NCBI GenBank assembly: GCA_035084275.1
Contig: CM068769.1
Location: 1,612,146-1,676,000 of the forward strand
Direction of reading: 5' to 3'
DNA: 63,855 nucleotides
Origin: Hydrolagus colliei
Lineage: Eukaryota
Shown: one piece after another, positions 28,420 through 40,539 of the stretch
Layout of the letters: each line of letters starts with the position of its first letter
How positions within the stretch are numbered: the stretch's first letter is position 1
Notes under the pieces: model-generated
The model's database searches: none
Seen by the model: the letters and a program-made list of their open reading frames with translations, nothing else
What the model was told of the DNA's origin: nothing
Program-made: the position numbers and the translations under genes

Positions 28420-28690
28420 TTCCGTGTTTCTTTCCGTCTTTCTTTCCGTGTTTCTTTCCGTGTTTCTTTCCGTGTTGCTTTCCGTGTTTCTTACCTTCCG
28501 TTCCTTCCCGTCCATCCCGTCCTTCCCGTCCTTCCCGTCCTTCCCTCCCTTCCCTCCCTTCCCTCCCTTCCTTCCCTTCCTTCCCTTCCCTTCCTTCCTT
28601 CCTTCCTTCCTTCCTTCCTTCCTTCCTTCCTTATTCTCTCTCTCCAACTCTATCCAATCTATCTCTCCCCCTTTCCCCTTCCTCTCTCTA
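28420..28690. repeat. Polypyrimidine/polypurine simple-repeat gradient in the J-to-supporting-V intron
   Basis: (ccgtgtttcttt)n grading into (ccttcccgt)n, (ccttccct)n and (cctt)n. Confidence 0.95.
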
Positions 28691-29321
28691 ATGTACCTTA
28701 GATGCTTCCTACACGTGTATTTGCTTACATTTTGGCAAAATACCGTGTTTTCGTGTGAATGAATAGTTAGTTGCTTGTTTCTGTAGAACATGATATAGTT
28801 CAGTTGGAACACTCAACTTCCATACAGAGGGGAAATTGGTGAACATTTCAAGTTATCGACCTCGCTTCAGACAAGCCTTGGTTTGAATAGAGCAATTTAT
28901 AGCATGTTTCATGTTGGAGACATTTCATTGAGAGTTGACTTCTCGATGGAATCGAGGCAGAGAGTGTACATAATATGCCACTGGAACTCACGTATCCTGC
29001 GTCAATCATTTGTCTGAATTTACAGATAAATTCTGTAATTTATCTGTAAATGTATCTAGGCATGTTCCTTTGTAAACCATCTCCAGAAAAAGTGCAATGG
29101 CATAAAACCAAAAATGGAGTTGATGCAGTTCATCTTAGCGGGAGCTGTCTAGTCTTTTAAAATCACACGCATATCTTTTATTTTTCAAAAGGCGGTCAAG
29201 TGGTATGTTGGCATGACACGTTTGAAAATAACTAGGCAATTTGTTAAAATTAAGCAGTGCATTTTAGAAATTCAAGTAACAAATGTTTCGTTTTATTTCG
29301 GTAGAATTTATTCTCACTTAC

Positions 29322-29377
29322 TTTCTGTTACTGTGACTTTGGTTCCTGATCCATCTAAGGTATATTCCGCCCAAGGA
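29322..29377 (-). CDS. NAR-type J segment
   Basis: Reads (P)WAEYTLDGSGTKVTVTE + A|gtaagt. The DGxG motif resembles the IgNAR J DGAGT. A+GA gives Arg, in frame with the exon at 27057. Confidence 0.92.
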
Positions 29378-29416
29378 CACAGTAACACAGCTCTCGTAAT
29401 ACAAGGCGCAAAATAT
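29378..29416 (+). other. 23-RSS 5' of the J segment
   Basis: CACAGTA-23 bp-GCAAAATAT read on the + strand. Confidence 0.8.
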
Positions 29417-29759
29417 ATTCTATCTGATTATGATTGAATACTGCCACGAAGTAAAAATAAATGGAAACAAGTTAGTTGTTAGTTTGTACATTTCTACCAC
29501 TTTGTCATCAAAATAAATGCATCGTGTCCAAATTTGGTTTAATTTCAATGTAATTTCCACCCATTACGAATAAATTGCCTCGCCCAGAAAACATATATCA
29601 GTAAATAAATCTAGAGTTGTCTGCTTCAAATGGCTAATTCAGAAAGCAAACGTCTGACAAATACAGCGCAATAAAACATGGAACAGCAATTAGTGTTGAT
29701 GTGCAATGTAATTCCACATAAACAGCCGCACGGTATTTGTGCTGATGGATTCCAATGTG

Positions 29760-29776
29760 GCTTTCCAAATGGCCAG
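29760..29776 (-). other. D segment (17 nt, CTGGCCATTTGGAAAGC) flanked by 12/12 RSS
   Basis: 3' RSS CACATTG-12-ACAAATACC (29759-29732) and 5' RSS CACAGTA-12-ACAAATATA (29777-29804). All three frames are open (LAIWK / WPFGK / GHLES). Confidence 0.9.
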
Positions 29777-30129
29777 CACAGTATTTGCTGTCAACACAAA
29801 TATAGTATTTTGCAAAAACAGTGTAACACTATCTGGTCAAGTACAATTTATCAATAAATAAGATCACGTGTACAAATATTTTGAAGATATTCCTATTCAG
29901 ATTTGATATGTCGTCTATTCGATATACATAAACTGCGATATATGCCACTTGCACTCACATTCAACGTTTTTTAACACTACCTACATTTTCCTCAGTGTTC
30001 ACCAATAATGCTTGTCAGTCGAAGAGAGTGTTCATAAACACCATTCACATCTCAACACAATGGAAAATGTGCATTGAATTAATTGACAAAGTCAGATTGA
30101 CTGTGTGTTGTCTTTGAATTGACGAGGAG

Positions 30130-30167
30130 GCTTTTTGTATTGTTGGAAGCCTAGATGCAGCATTGTG
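30130..30167 (-). other. 22-bp-spacer RSS of the NAR-like V
   Basis: CACAATG-22 bp-ACAAAAAGC. Confidence 0.9.
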
Positions 30168-30872
30168 TTGTCCCACAGATAATGAGAAGTACATCTGTAG
30201 GTAGCGCTGTCTGCTACTTGCAAATCATTACTTTCCAGCGTGGATGTCTTTGTTCCCACTTTGATAACATCAAACCGTCTTTCGCGATGGATGGACATCC
30301 AATCTCGTCCATTTGGAAACTGCCTTTGAAATGCCAAGCTAATGGATCTGTAGTTCCCACGATTCCCTTCTGCAAAGACGCAGTTGATGGTCAAAGAATC
30401 ACATTCTTCTTTGGTAATAGAAGTTGGTGTCTGTGTTAGGGTCTGACTGAAAACATCTGAAACATGCACAACATGACATCAGGTTAATAGAGGCACAACC
30501 CTGACCTGTACCATTAGCAGCAAATCCTGATGCTTGGCATGAGTTGAATTGATTTCAATTAATACAATAATGATATAATTATACTATCATGTTTAATTAA
30601 TAAAATACAAGCAGAACAGATTAATCGATAGCAATCGGCTGCTTCTTTTCGCCCGCAAAATAAAAAACAAGTACGGTCACTTCGTCATACAATATACACT
30701 GTGAAGCGCTTTAAGACGTTTCATCGATGTGACAAGCCTCTGTATCAAAGCAAGCAATAATGTAAATTATTGTAAGGCACAGGGTAACGATGGTATTCTC
30801 TCGTGCCGTGTAATTGGAACAAAACTCACGTTGTAAGAAGTGGAAGGCGATGGAGACAGAGATGAGATGCAT
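30168..30872 (-). CDS. IgNAR-like V gene (NAR-TCR V). Leader 30872-30830, V exon 30456-30168.
   Basis: Leader MHLISVSIAFHFLQ + gtgag. The V reads TQTPTSITKEECDSLTINCV...NDLQVADSATYRC, matching VNAR (DQTPQTITKETGESLTINCV...NDLTVEDSGTYRC). Position 41 to C104 spans 47 aa versus 60 in V1, so CDR2 is deleted. Confidence 0.92.
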
Positions 30873-33360
30873 TCTTTACTCGCTGGACAACTGAATGACT
30901 GTGTGTAACACAGGGATGTTCTGCAGCAGCTTTAGAGACTAAATTATACTTGTGTAGACTCTTTCCCGTCAGGAGAATCACATTAGCGTGTGACGTGATG
31001 GCCGGTGATAGTGGAATTGGGGTTGGAGGAGGGCGGGGCGAGAAACTATTTAAGGAAAGGGAGTGACAAACTGTGTAAGTGAGCAGGGGGCAGAAGGGGA
31101 TGATTTGGGGGTTGATTGTTGAACAAAATGGGCAATTGGCGAGGGCAGTGATAGGAAAGTAAGTGAAGAGACGTCCAGAGGGTAAACGGCGGCGTGATGC
31201 AGAGAGGGCTTTTGTTGTGAGTTGGTAAAGACAAATTAGCAACGACAGCAACAAAATTAGATTGATCGAGCGCTCTTCACGTCGGGAAGAGGTCACAATG
31301 CGCTGTACATCGAGGTCGGGACCAGCGAATTAGGGCAAAGTATCAGTGTACTTGTTAGCGGAAGATGAGTAGGAATCAGTGGGAGTGAGGAGGGGGAGTT
31401 GGAGTGAGTTGGGACGGGAGGGAGAGCGTCATGTGGCTTATGAGAGAGTTGGAAGAATTGGGAGAGACTTGGGAAGTGAAGGAGAGAGTTGGCAGCGGAG
31501 GGAGAGAGTTTGCAGGAAGAGAGATTTGGAAATGAAGGAGAGAATTGAGACGATGAGAGACTTGGAGGGAGAAGAAGAAAGTTGGGAGCGGAAGAAGAGT
31601 GTTGGGCGGGATGGGAGAGAGTTGTGAGTGGGAGGGAAATAATTGGGAGGGGAGATAGCAGGGATGGGAGGGAATTGGGAGGGGAGGTAGAGAATTATGA
31701 AGCAGGCAGAGAGTAGGGCATGGAGGCAGAGAGTTGGGAGGGGAGAGGAAGATATTTGGGAGGGGAGGGGGATTGTTTGCAGGGGAGCGCGAAAGAGTTG
31801 AGAGGGCAGATGATGTGTGAGGAGGTGAAACTAGAAACTAGGGTAAAGGCATTGTGTGTGCGTACAGTGGCTGGAGTCGTATATGGGAGAGAGAGCAATG
31901 GAGGGCTGCAGTGGGACACAGTGAAAGAAGATTTTGCAGCGCATGGATCAATTGAAACGTTTCAAAACTTCTCAGCTGCTGTACCAAGTTAGACCGTTTG
32001 TAGCATAAATATTTATATTAAATCTCGGCCAGTCCATCTCTCTGCCTAAGTCTCTGTCTTTCAAATGGAGGGCAGTTGTGGAGAAAATTGTTTACTGATT
32101 TACCTAGCTGCAATTAGGAACCGGCTTATTTGTCGTTTGTCCAGTGGCTTTGGACGGTAAAAAGCGTCTTCAAAATAATATTAATAATTGCGTGATCGCT
32201 GATTCCACGATTGAGTGTTGGACTTCGATGTTCATAATAGTCGGCAAATTTTGTCCACCAAACACACAACAACAACTTATATTCATGTAGCGCCATTCAA
32301 GCCGGATGGCGTCTCAGAGCGCTTCAGAATAAAGGTGTAAGTCAAGGACAGCGGGAGAAAGGTGACCGAATGTGACACATTCAATACTCTTGTAAACTGT
32401 CAAGCGCTTGGAGACCTATCGATCAAGTAATCAGCTGGAATATAAAACGTCAGCATTAGGACTATCATGTTGTTTATCCTAACAGAGTGTAATCCACTTT
32501 CCAACTGGCATTTGTATTAAGTATGGGGATGGTTGAGGGGATGTGAGCAGGAGACGATCCCTTGTGGACATAGACGTTTCACATCATTTTTGGTTTCATG
32601 ATGAAGAGTGAGGAGAATGCAGTTTGCGGCTTTTTGTGTGAAAGTGGTGATATTATCGATCATTCTGGAGAAAATTTATTGATGATACTCATAATAACCA
32701 TTGGATGTCATATTGTGATTTATCACCTACTCGAGACGCCTCCAAGCGCTTCACAGAAAGTGCAGTATAACGGAGTGACTTTGTGTTTTGGGGGTGAAAC
32801 ATTTTGCAATGATTCACTGCAGCATCTCACGGACAGCAGTATATGGAATAATCAAGTTCTTGGATAATATATATTGATTGCATTTTTTGAGCAAATTATT
32901 ATTTCATTTATTTTCATTGAAATATTTATTCATTTTTGTTAAATTCTTACTTAATTATTTAGAATTATTGTTGTGTTTTGGTTCACATACACATATTATT
33001 TATTAGTTCATGTATTTTTTTCACGTCTGTCTTAAATTATATTTTTATTTATGAAACAATGACTTTGTTTCTGTGCTTATTCGCCTGATTCGTTTGTTCG
33101 CTTGTTTACTTTTCCAAGGATAATTTCCAGTGGAACATGACTAGCCAATCGACAAACACCGGGTTCCTATTTACTGTTTAGTAAAGAAAGGCACGTGTCA
33201 TGAAGAAACTTTCTCTAGGTTGCGTCTAGCCTGTGAATCAAACGCAGGACCTCTCGCTTGTGAGATAGGACCTCTCGCCATCAAATTAGAGCACCCCACA
33301 TTATTTGTTAGATGGCGGCATCTAGTGATGGTTCAGGAGAATGACAGCGAATGGTTTGAG

Positions 33361-36300
33361 TTCATAGATTCATAGAATTTTACGGCACAAAATGAGGCCA
33401 TTCGGCCCATCTAGTCTGTGCCGGCTCTTTGAAAAGAGCGATTTAATCCAACTGCCCTGCCCGCTCCCCATAGCCTAATAGACCTGTTCTCCCTAAATAA
33501 GAATCTAATTCCCTTTTAAAAGTAGTTATCGAATCAGTCTACACCACCTTTTCAGGCAATGCATTCCAGATTCGAACAACTCGCTGAGTGAAAAAAATTA
33601 TCCTCAGCTCCCCTCTACTTCGCCTTGAAACTATTTGAAATCTCGCCCAGGAGAGGAAATCGTTTTTCTCTATTTGCCCTGTCGAAACCCCTCATGAGTT
33701 TATAAACCTCTATTAGGTCTCCCCTCAATCTTCTCTGCTCCAGAGAGAATAACCCTAGCCTATCTAGCCTCTCCTCATAGCTGAAGTCCCTCAATCCTGG
33801 CACCATCCTAGTAAATCTTCTTTGTACCCTTTCCAATGTCTTCACATTCTTTCTGTAATGTGGTGACCAGAATTGAACACAGTATTCCAGCTGAGGCCTC
33901 ACCAAAGTCTTATAGAGGTTAGTCAACAGTTCCTGACATTTGTACTCTATACCCCTATTTATAAAGCCTAGAATCCCATATGCCTTCGTAACAGCCTTGT
34001 CTACCTGTCCATCAACGAGTCACTAACACAAATCCCCAGGTCTTTCTGTTCCTTCACACCATTTAAAATTTTACTATCTAGCCATCTCAGGGATCGTCCG
34101 GGCGGGCGGCGAGGACAGGGAGTGGTTGCTGGACGATTGTTGGACGACTGTTGGTTATTGTTTGACGCTGTTTTTGTTGTTAATATTATTGCTTTTGTTG
34201 TTTATTATTGTTTATTGATGTTGTTTGATTCCCCCACCCCTGCCCCCATCTTCTTCTTCCCTCACTCCCTTTCCCCACTTTCTCTCCTCCCTTCTCCCCT
34301 TCCCTCCCTCTTCCCTCTTCCTGACCTTGCCCCCACCCATCTTTCCCTCCCTCTCTTCCTTGCCCCCCTTTCTCCCCCCTCTTTCTCCCTAACCCTAACC
34401 CATCGCACCTTTCCCTCCCTCTCCGCACTTACCCTCTTTTCCCCCTTTCTCCCCTGGCCCCATTTTCGCGATTGTTTGTAGGGACACTGCTGTGCGCAAT
34501 TTGGCTGCCGCGTTTCCCCCACAAGTATACAGTCGACTTTCCTGCCTTTCTTCCCCCTGCCTCGACCCCTCCCCTTTTGCTTCTTTACCCCCTTTTGCCC
34601 CTAGTCCCAGTTCCGTGACTGATTGTGGGACACTGCTGTGCGCAATTTGGCTGCCGCGTTTCGCCCACTAATATACAGTTACTTTTCCTACTATTCTTCA
34701 TCCTGCCCTGATCCCTCCCACCCTGCTCTTGTCTTACCTGAATGTACAGCGCCTTTGGATGTCCACTCGACGTGAAAGGCGCTATATAAATGTAAGTTTT
34801 GTTGTTGTTATATTTCCTCCCTTCATTTCTTCTCTCAAAATGCATCACCTCACACTTGTCTGCATTAAACTTCATCTGCCATGTGTTTACCACACTTTAC
34901 CAATTTGTCTATATCCTCTTGCGGACGGCTACTAAGCTCCTCACTATTTACTATTCTCCCTAACTTAGTGTCATCTGCAAACTTGGAAACTGTACTCCGT
35001 ACACCCAAGTCCAGATCATTGATGTAGATTACAAACAGCAATGGTCCCAAAACTGATCCCTGTTGCACGCCACTGCTCACTTCCCTCCAGTCTGAAAAAC
35101 AGCCGCTCACTACAACTCTCTGCGTTCTGTCTCGCAGCCAGTTGTGGATCCACGCTGCCACTGTCCCTTTTACGGCATGGGCCTTTAATTTCCTAATAAG
35201 TCTCTCATGTGGCACTTTGTAAAATGCCTTTTGAAAGTCCATGTAAACTACATCAACTGCGCTACCATTATCCACCCATTGCGTTAGCTCATCAAAAAAT
35301 TCTATCAGATTTGTAAGGCAAGATTTGCCTTTAACAAATCCATGTTGACTGTCCTTTATTAGCCTATATCGTTCTAAGTGAAGATCTACCTTGTTCCTGA
35401 TTGTGGACTCTAGAAGTTTGCCCACTACCGACGTTAGACTGACTGGTCTGTAGTTACCAGGCTTGTCCTTCTGCCCCTTTTTATACAAGGGAGTAACATT
35501 AGCTATCCTCCAGTCCTCTGGCACGACCCCTGTGTCCAAGGAAGATTGAAAGATCGTGGCCAGAGTCCCTCCTATTTGCTCCCGTGCCTCCCTTAGTAAC
35601 CTAGTTTGCATCCCATCCGGACCAGGTGACTTATCCACCTTGAGCGACGTCAAACTTTTTAGAACTTCCTCTCTGGGTATAATTATTCTATCCATTTCTC
35701 CTATCCTCTCCTCCAATACCATGGCATTGGCTGTATCCTTTTATTTTATGAAGACAGAAGCGAAGTACTCATTCAGTACATCAGCCATGCCCTCTGCCTC
35801 CACAATGAGATTTCCTCCTAGGTCCCTAATTGGCCCCACCCTATCCTTGACCAACCTTTTTCTCTTAGTATGTTGGTAAAAAACCTTAGGGTTCCCCTCA
35901 ATCATACTCGCTAATTGTTTTTCATGCAGTCTCTTTGCTCCTCTAACTTCCTTTTTTAGTTCTATCCTACACTTCCTATATTCTGCTTGGTTCCCTTCCG
36001 AATTTTGAGCCTGACACTTATCATAAGTGTTTTTTGTTGTTTTATTTTGGCCCCGATTTCCGCAGTCATCCAGGGAGGTTTGGATGCCTTACATTTCACG
36101 TTTGTGGGGATGCTTTTGACCTGTGCCTGAACTATCTCCTCTTTGAACGCTGCCCACTGCTCGTTAGTTGTCTTACCTGCCAATTTTTCTTTCCAATCCA
36201 CCTTGGCTAGGTCTCACCTCAACTCATTGAAATTAGCCGTTTTCCAGTTGAGTGTCCTCACCTGTGATCGTTCTGTATCCCTTTCCATAATTATTCTGAA

Positions 36301-37590
36301 TCTAACGATATTGTGGTCACTATTCCCTAGATGCTACAGAAACCTGTTGAACTTGCCCTACCTCATTTCCCAAAACTAGATCTAGCAATACTTCTTTCCT
36401 CGTTGGACTGGAAACATACTGATCAAGAAAGTTGTCCTGCACACACTTCAGGAATTCTTCTCCCTCCTTGCCCTTTACTCTACTATTCTGCCAGTCTATG
36501 TTGGGATAGTTGAAGTCACCCATTATCACTACTCTATTAGCTCTGCATTTCTCCGTGATATGCTTGCAGATCTGCTTGTCTATCTCCTCCACACTATTTG
36601 GTGGTCTATAGTATACTCCTAACAGTGTAACTGCACCTTTTTTATTCCTCATTTCTAACCAGATATACTCGGTTTTTAGTCCTTTTTCCACCTCGTTCCT
36701 TTCTAAGGCAGTCACTGAGTCCTTAACTAAAATTGCTTCCCCGCCCGCTTTTCTCCCTTCTATATCCCTGCTGAATACATTATAACCAGGAATGTTCAAC
36801 TCCCATTCCTACCCATGCTGGAGTCAAGTCTCTGTTACTGCTATAACATCATATCGCCTCGCAGCAACCTGAGCCTGCAGCTCACCAATTTTATTTCTCA
36901 AACTGCGTGCATTTACATACATGCACTCTAAGGCACAAATTATTTCCTCTGCACTGTTCTCCCGTCTTACCCTTACCCCTGTCCTCTTTGTTCCCCTCCC
37001 GTGTCTGAACAACTCATCAGTTTCCCACCCTCACCCCCCGGGATTAGTTTAAAGCCCCCCACACAAAACTCGACAACCTCACTGCAAGGAGATTGGTTCC
37101 AGCCCTGTTCAGGTGTAACCCATCCATTTTGTACAGGTTCCAACTACCCCAGAATTGGCCTTGGTGGAGTGTCAGGCTCTAGGATGAAACTATCTAAGAA
37201 GCTCTCCCCTTCCCTGATGCACCACAATGTCTCCACCTGATACTCCAGCTCAGCTATTCTAAGATGGAGCTTCCTCAAGTGCAGACATTTGCTGCAGATG
37301 AAGTCACCTTGGCTCTGGTTGCCCTCCATCAACTCCCACATCCCGCATTCCCCGCACATCACATGCCAGGCCATTATCTCGACGTACTTCCCTTGGATAT
37401 ATATAATCTGCACCTACTTCCTCCTCTGCACCTAATTCCCACTCTCACCCAATTCCTTCTCACTCTGTCCTCGCCTCACTCTCTCACCCAATTCCTTCTC
37501 ACTCTGTCCTCGCCTCACTCTCTCACCCAATTCCTTCTCACTCTGTCCTCGCCTCACTCCGCCCGTAGCTCGCTCTGGCTCTCTGCTCGA
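33361..37590 (-). mobile_element. CR1 LINE copy 2 with 5' UTR, internal ORF1 deletion and a nested SINE-derived insertion (~34083-34808)
   Basis: RT 34865-35722 and 33615-33926, endonuclease 35962-36799, ORF1 zinc-finger/zipper (CGECGMW...CSKC...LRIAELEYQV) 37144-37413, three 39-bp tandem repeats 37444-37559, and tail at 33361. Confidence 0.93.
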
Positions 37591-38740
37591 TGAGTTGATT
37601 TAGGAAACATGCAAGTTGTTTTTCAGGTAACCGAGTAACCATTGAATGCCGGATAAGTCGTACAACATTAATATTAATATTCCGCTCACACCAACACTCT
37701 CCTCCACAACAACACCTTCCATTCTGACTGATTCGCTGGAGCAACTCTCCGCCTCCCATGCCCTCCCATCCCGTGTCTCTCCCACGAATCCCCCCACCCC
37801 CACACCCGCATAACTCTCCTCTCTCCATAGCTCTCGCCTCTCCACATAACTACCACACTTCTAATAGCGCACCCCCCACCCACACTCTCCCCACCCCCCC
37901 CCCCACTCTACACACTCCCCAATCTCGCAAAGAGGTTCAAACAATGAATCCGTTGCACCATTGAAGACTCAAATTTGCTCTCCACCGAAAGGACGGAAAA
38001 GAAACTCAAGTTGTTTTATTTGTACTTGTCGTTAAAGGCGCAATATATCACAACATATTTTGCCGTGAAGTAACTTAACTGTGTATACATTGGGGAGCGT
38101 GACAGCCAGATAGCACTGTTCAAGTGCGGATGGGTTCCAGATATTCTTGTGAATGGAACCAACCACTAGAACACAGTACACTTCTTGCAGCATCCTTCAC
38201 TATGTCAAATAGTCCAGCGGCGCTGGGCCATGAGGGATATTGGATTCCAGGCAAAAGTTGGCTTCTCAGTTGGGGTGGAGTGCTGGGGTGGTGCAGATGG
38301 AATGGTGACTAACTCCACGGTCAAGGAGTAGAATTATAACATGATAATCTCATTTTTCTGGAACATTTCACATCGGGCAGAGTTCCCAGTTTGCTGGACA
38401 GTTAGTGTTTCGCACCAGAGTTTGGGCTCGGAAGCGGGAAGGTTGAATGGCAGTGGGAGTTGGAGGATGACGAGAAGCACAGTCGATATAGAGTGACTGG
38501 AGATGGGTCTTGAGGGAAGTGGAAGAGAGAGAGGTCGAGACAAACGGACAGCAATATAGAGCTCCATAGAGTGGGGTCGAAGAATCAGCCGACCATCAAT
38601 GATTTCTTTAGTTTACTGGATCATTTAATGGATTCCCCGCGAGGCCTCCAGGCCTGACCAAGATTCCGCACACTTTCCAACAAGATGTACAAAATGAAAG
38701 CAGTTTCTGTTCGAGCCCTGCAGTGTAATCAACCACTTTG

Positions 38741-39055
38741 GTAAGACGAAAGGCACAGTGATACACTGCGCTCTCAGATACCAGCAGCTCAGAGATGGAA
38801 AAACTGGTGAAAGAACTAGATTCCTGCCGCTGAGCAGCGAAACGTTTTCCAAATCCTGTTTGTTTCACTAGATCGCCATCACCAGAATGTATCTCCGGAC
38901 TGTAAACCGTGGATGTTTGTCTGGGTAATATCTGTACCAGAAGAGATAGTAATTGGTTGCAGTAGTGGTGTCGGTACACACAAGATAGGCAGCTTCTCCT
39001 TCTTTCGTAACCGCCGTGGCAGCTTTCTGACTGACATAATCAGCGTCACAGAATT
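38741..39055 (-). pseudogene. TCR alpha/delta V pseudogene (V5 paralog)
   Basis: Frameshift near 38880 (23 nt versus 21 nt in V5). The heptamer is CAAAGTG (CAC broken) with a 23-bp spacer and ACAGAAACT. No leader was found. Confidence 0.9.
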
Positions 39056-39489
39056 CTGGAATAAACCAGGAAAAGCACGGCGAAATATTATTCACCAAAT
39101 TCACAGTTTTTTTTTATCAGCAGTGGAACAATAGTTAGCAATGCGTTTTACACATCGTGTTATAGCATTGTTGAGACTCATTCATGCGTTGTCCAGAATA
39201 TGCAATCAAGTGATAAACTGTAGATTTTGTCGCCAGAACATGCCAGCCAGATTTGCACATCAATGCTTCACAAAGACTTAGGGGATGAGTTACTAAACTA
39301 TTATTGAAACATACATAAGGCATCATTACCTTCGGAAAATATATCTGCCTGTCTGGTAACCAAAGGATAAAATCGAGAAACACAACCTCCACAACCTCGC
39401 ACCAACCCTACATATGTTAATTCCTATCCCCTTACTAACCTGAACTCCCCCTCAATCCGCTCAGCAGGCTCTGGCCTGCTCCAACTACT

Positions 39490-39810
39490 CCAACCAAGGG
39501 ACTGTTTCCCCTGGTAGGAGAATCTATAACCAGGGGTCAGTGTCTTAGAATTAAGGGTCAGCCTTTTAGAACAGATTTGAGGAAACATTTATTCACTTAG
39601 AGGTTAGTGAATTGATGGAAGGCTGTAGATGCTCAGTCCTTGAACATTTGCAAGGCTGAGACTGATAGCTTTTTGAAAAATTGAGGGATTGGGGGAAATG
39701 GGTATAGGGCAGTTAATCAGAGTTAGGTGAGAAGATCAGCCATGATCTTATTGAATGACGGAGTAGGCTCGAGGGGCTGAATCCTGCTCCTATTTGTTAT
39801 GTTCTTATGT
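39490..39810 (+). mobile_element. CR1 3' fragment
   Basis: ctgtttcccctggtaggagaatct...(tatgttct)n tail. Confidence 0.7.
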
Positions 39811-40539
39811 TCAAACCTATCTGCACCACCGTTGACGGCCGAATCTTCAGGCGCTTTGCCCCCAAAATCTGGAACTCTGTCCTACAGTCCTCCACGTCGC
39901 CCACGCTCCGGCCTCCTTGAAGTCTAGCCTCAAGACTCTCCACTTCGACAGCAACTGAACAGCCTCCCCTTCCAGCCCACCTCCCAGTCCTCAACATGGG
40001 TTTGAAACTGTAACTGTCTAGCGCCTTAAGACACCCTGCTGACGGTAAAGGAGCTATAAAAGTGCAATTTTGGTAGGGTTGCTGTTGTTTTTTGCACAGT
40101 TTCTAAAATGCGGGATAGACGGCTGTTTCGTTGTGGAAGACGGTTGAGCTAGAGGTGAAGCTTTTGAGGGGTCTCCAGTACACTACTGCAAGTCTTGCTT
40201 GTTACACTATTGACTATTGGTCCAACGAAATAATAAATGGAAAGAAGCATCGTATTTGCAAACTGATATGAGTGAATTGCATCTAGATGTGTAGCGCTCA
40301 ACTCGTTCAATAATTGCTGTCTGCGTTTATTGAACGGATAATGAGGTGAGGGTTTAGCTGACAATCTGATGGGAGGGGAATGTGGTTTCCTCTGAGTCTG
40401 TCTGCTGAAGTGTCTGCTGCCCGCTGGGCCTCAAACTCTGACCAAGATTCCGCACACGCTTCAAACACACGGAATCGTCCCCTATGTATAAAATGAAGAC
40501 AGTTTTTGTACGAGCTCTGCAGTGAAGTCAACCACAGTG

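Noticed and set aside
30506-30540. Proximal leader candidate for the NAR V
   Set aside because: In-frame TAA and a ~49-bp intron. The exon at 30872-30830 fits properly.
37444-37559. Three 39-bp direct repeats (CRISPR-like at first sight)
   Set aside because: There are no spacers; they are tandem repeats in a CR1 5' UTR in a vertebrate genome.
39135-39392. ORF MEVVFLDFILW... as leader of V4
   Set aside because: The donor phase does not match the phase-1 V exon, and it does not resemble the V5 leader.
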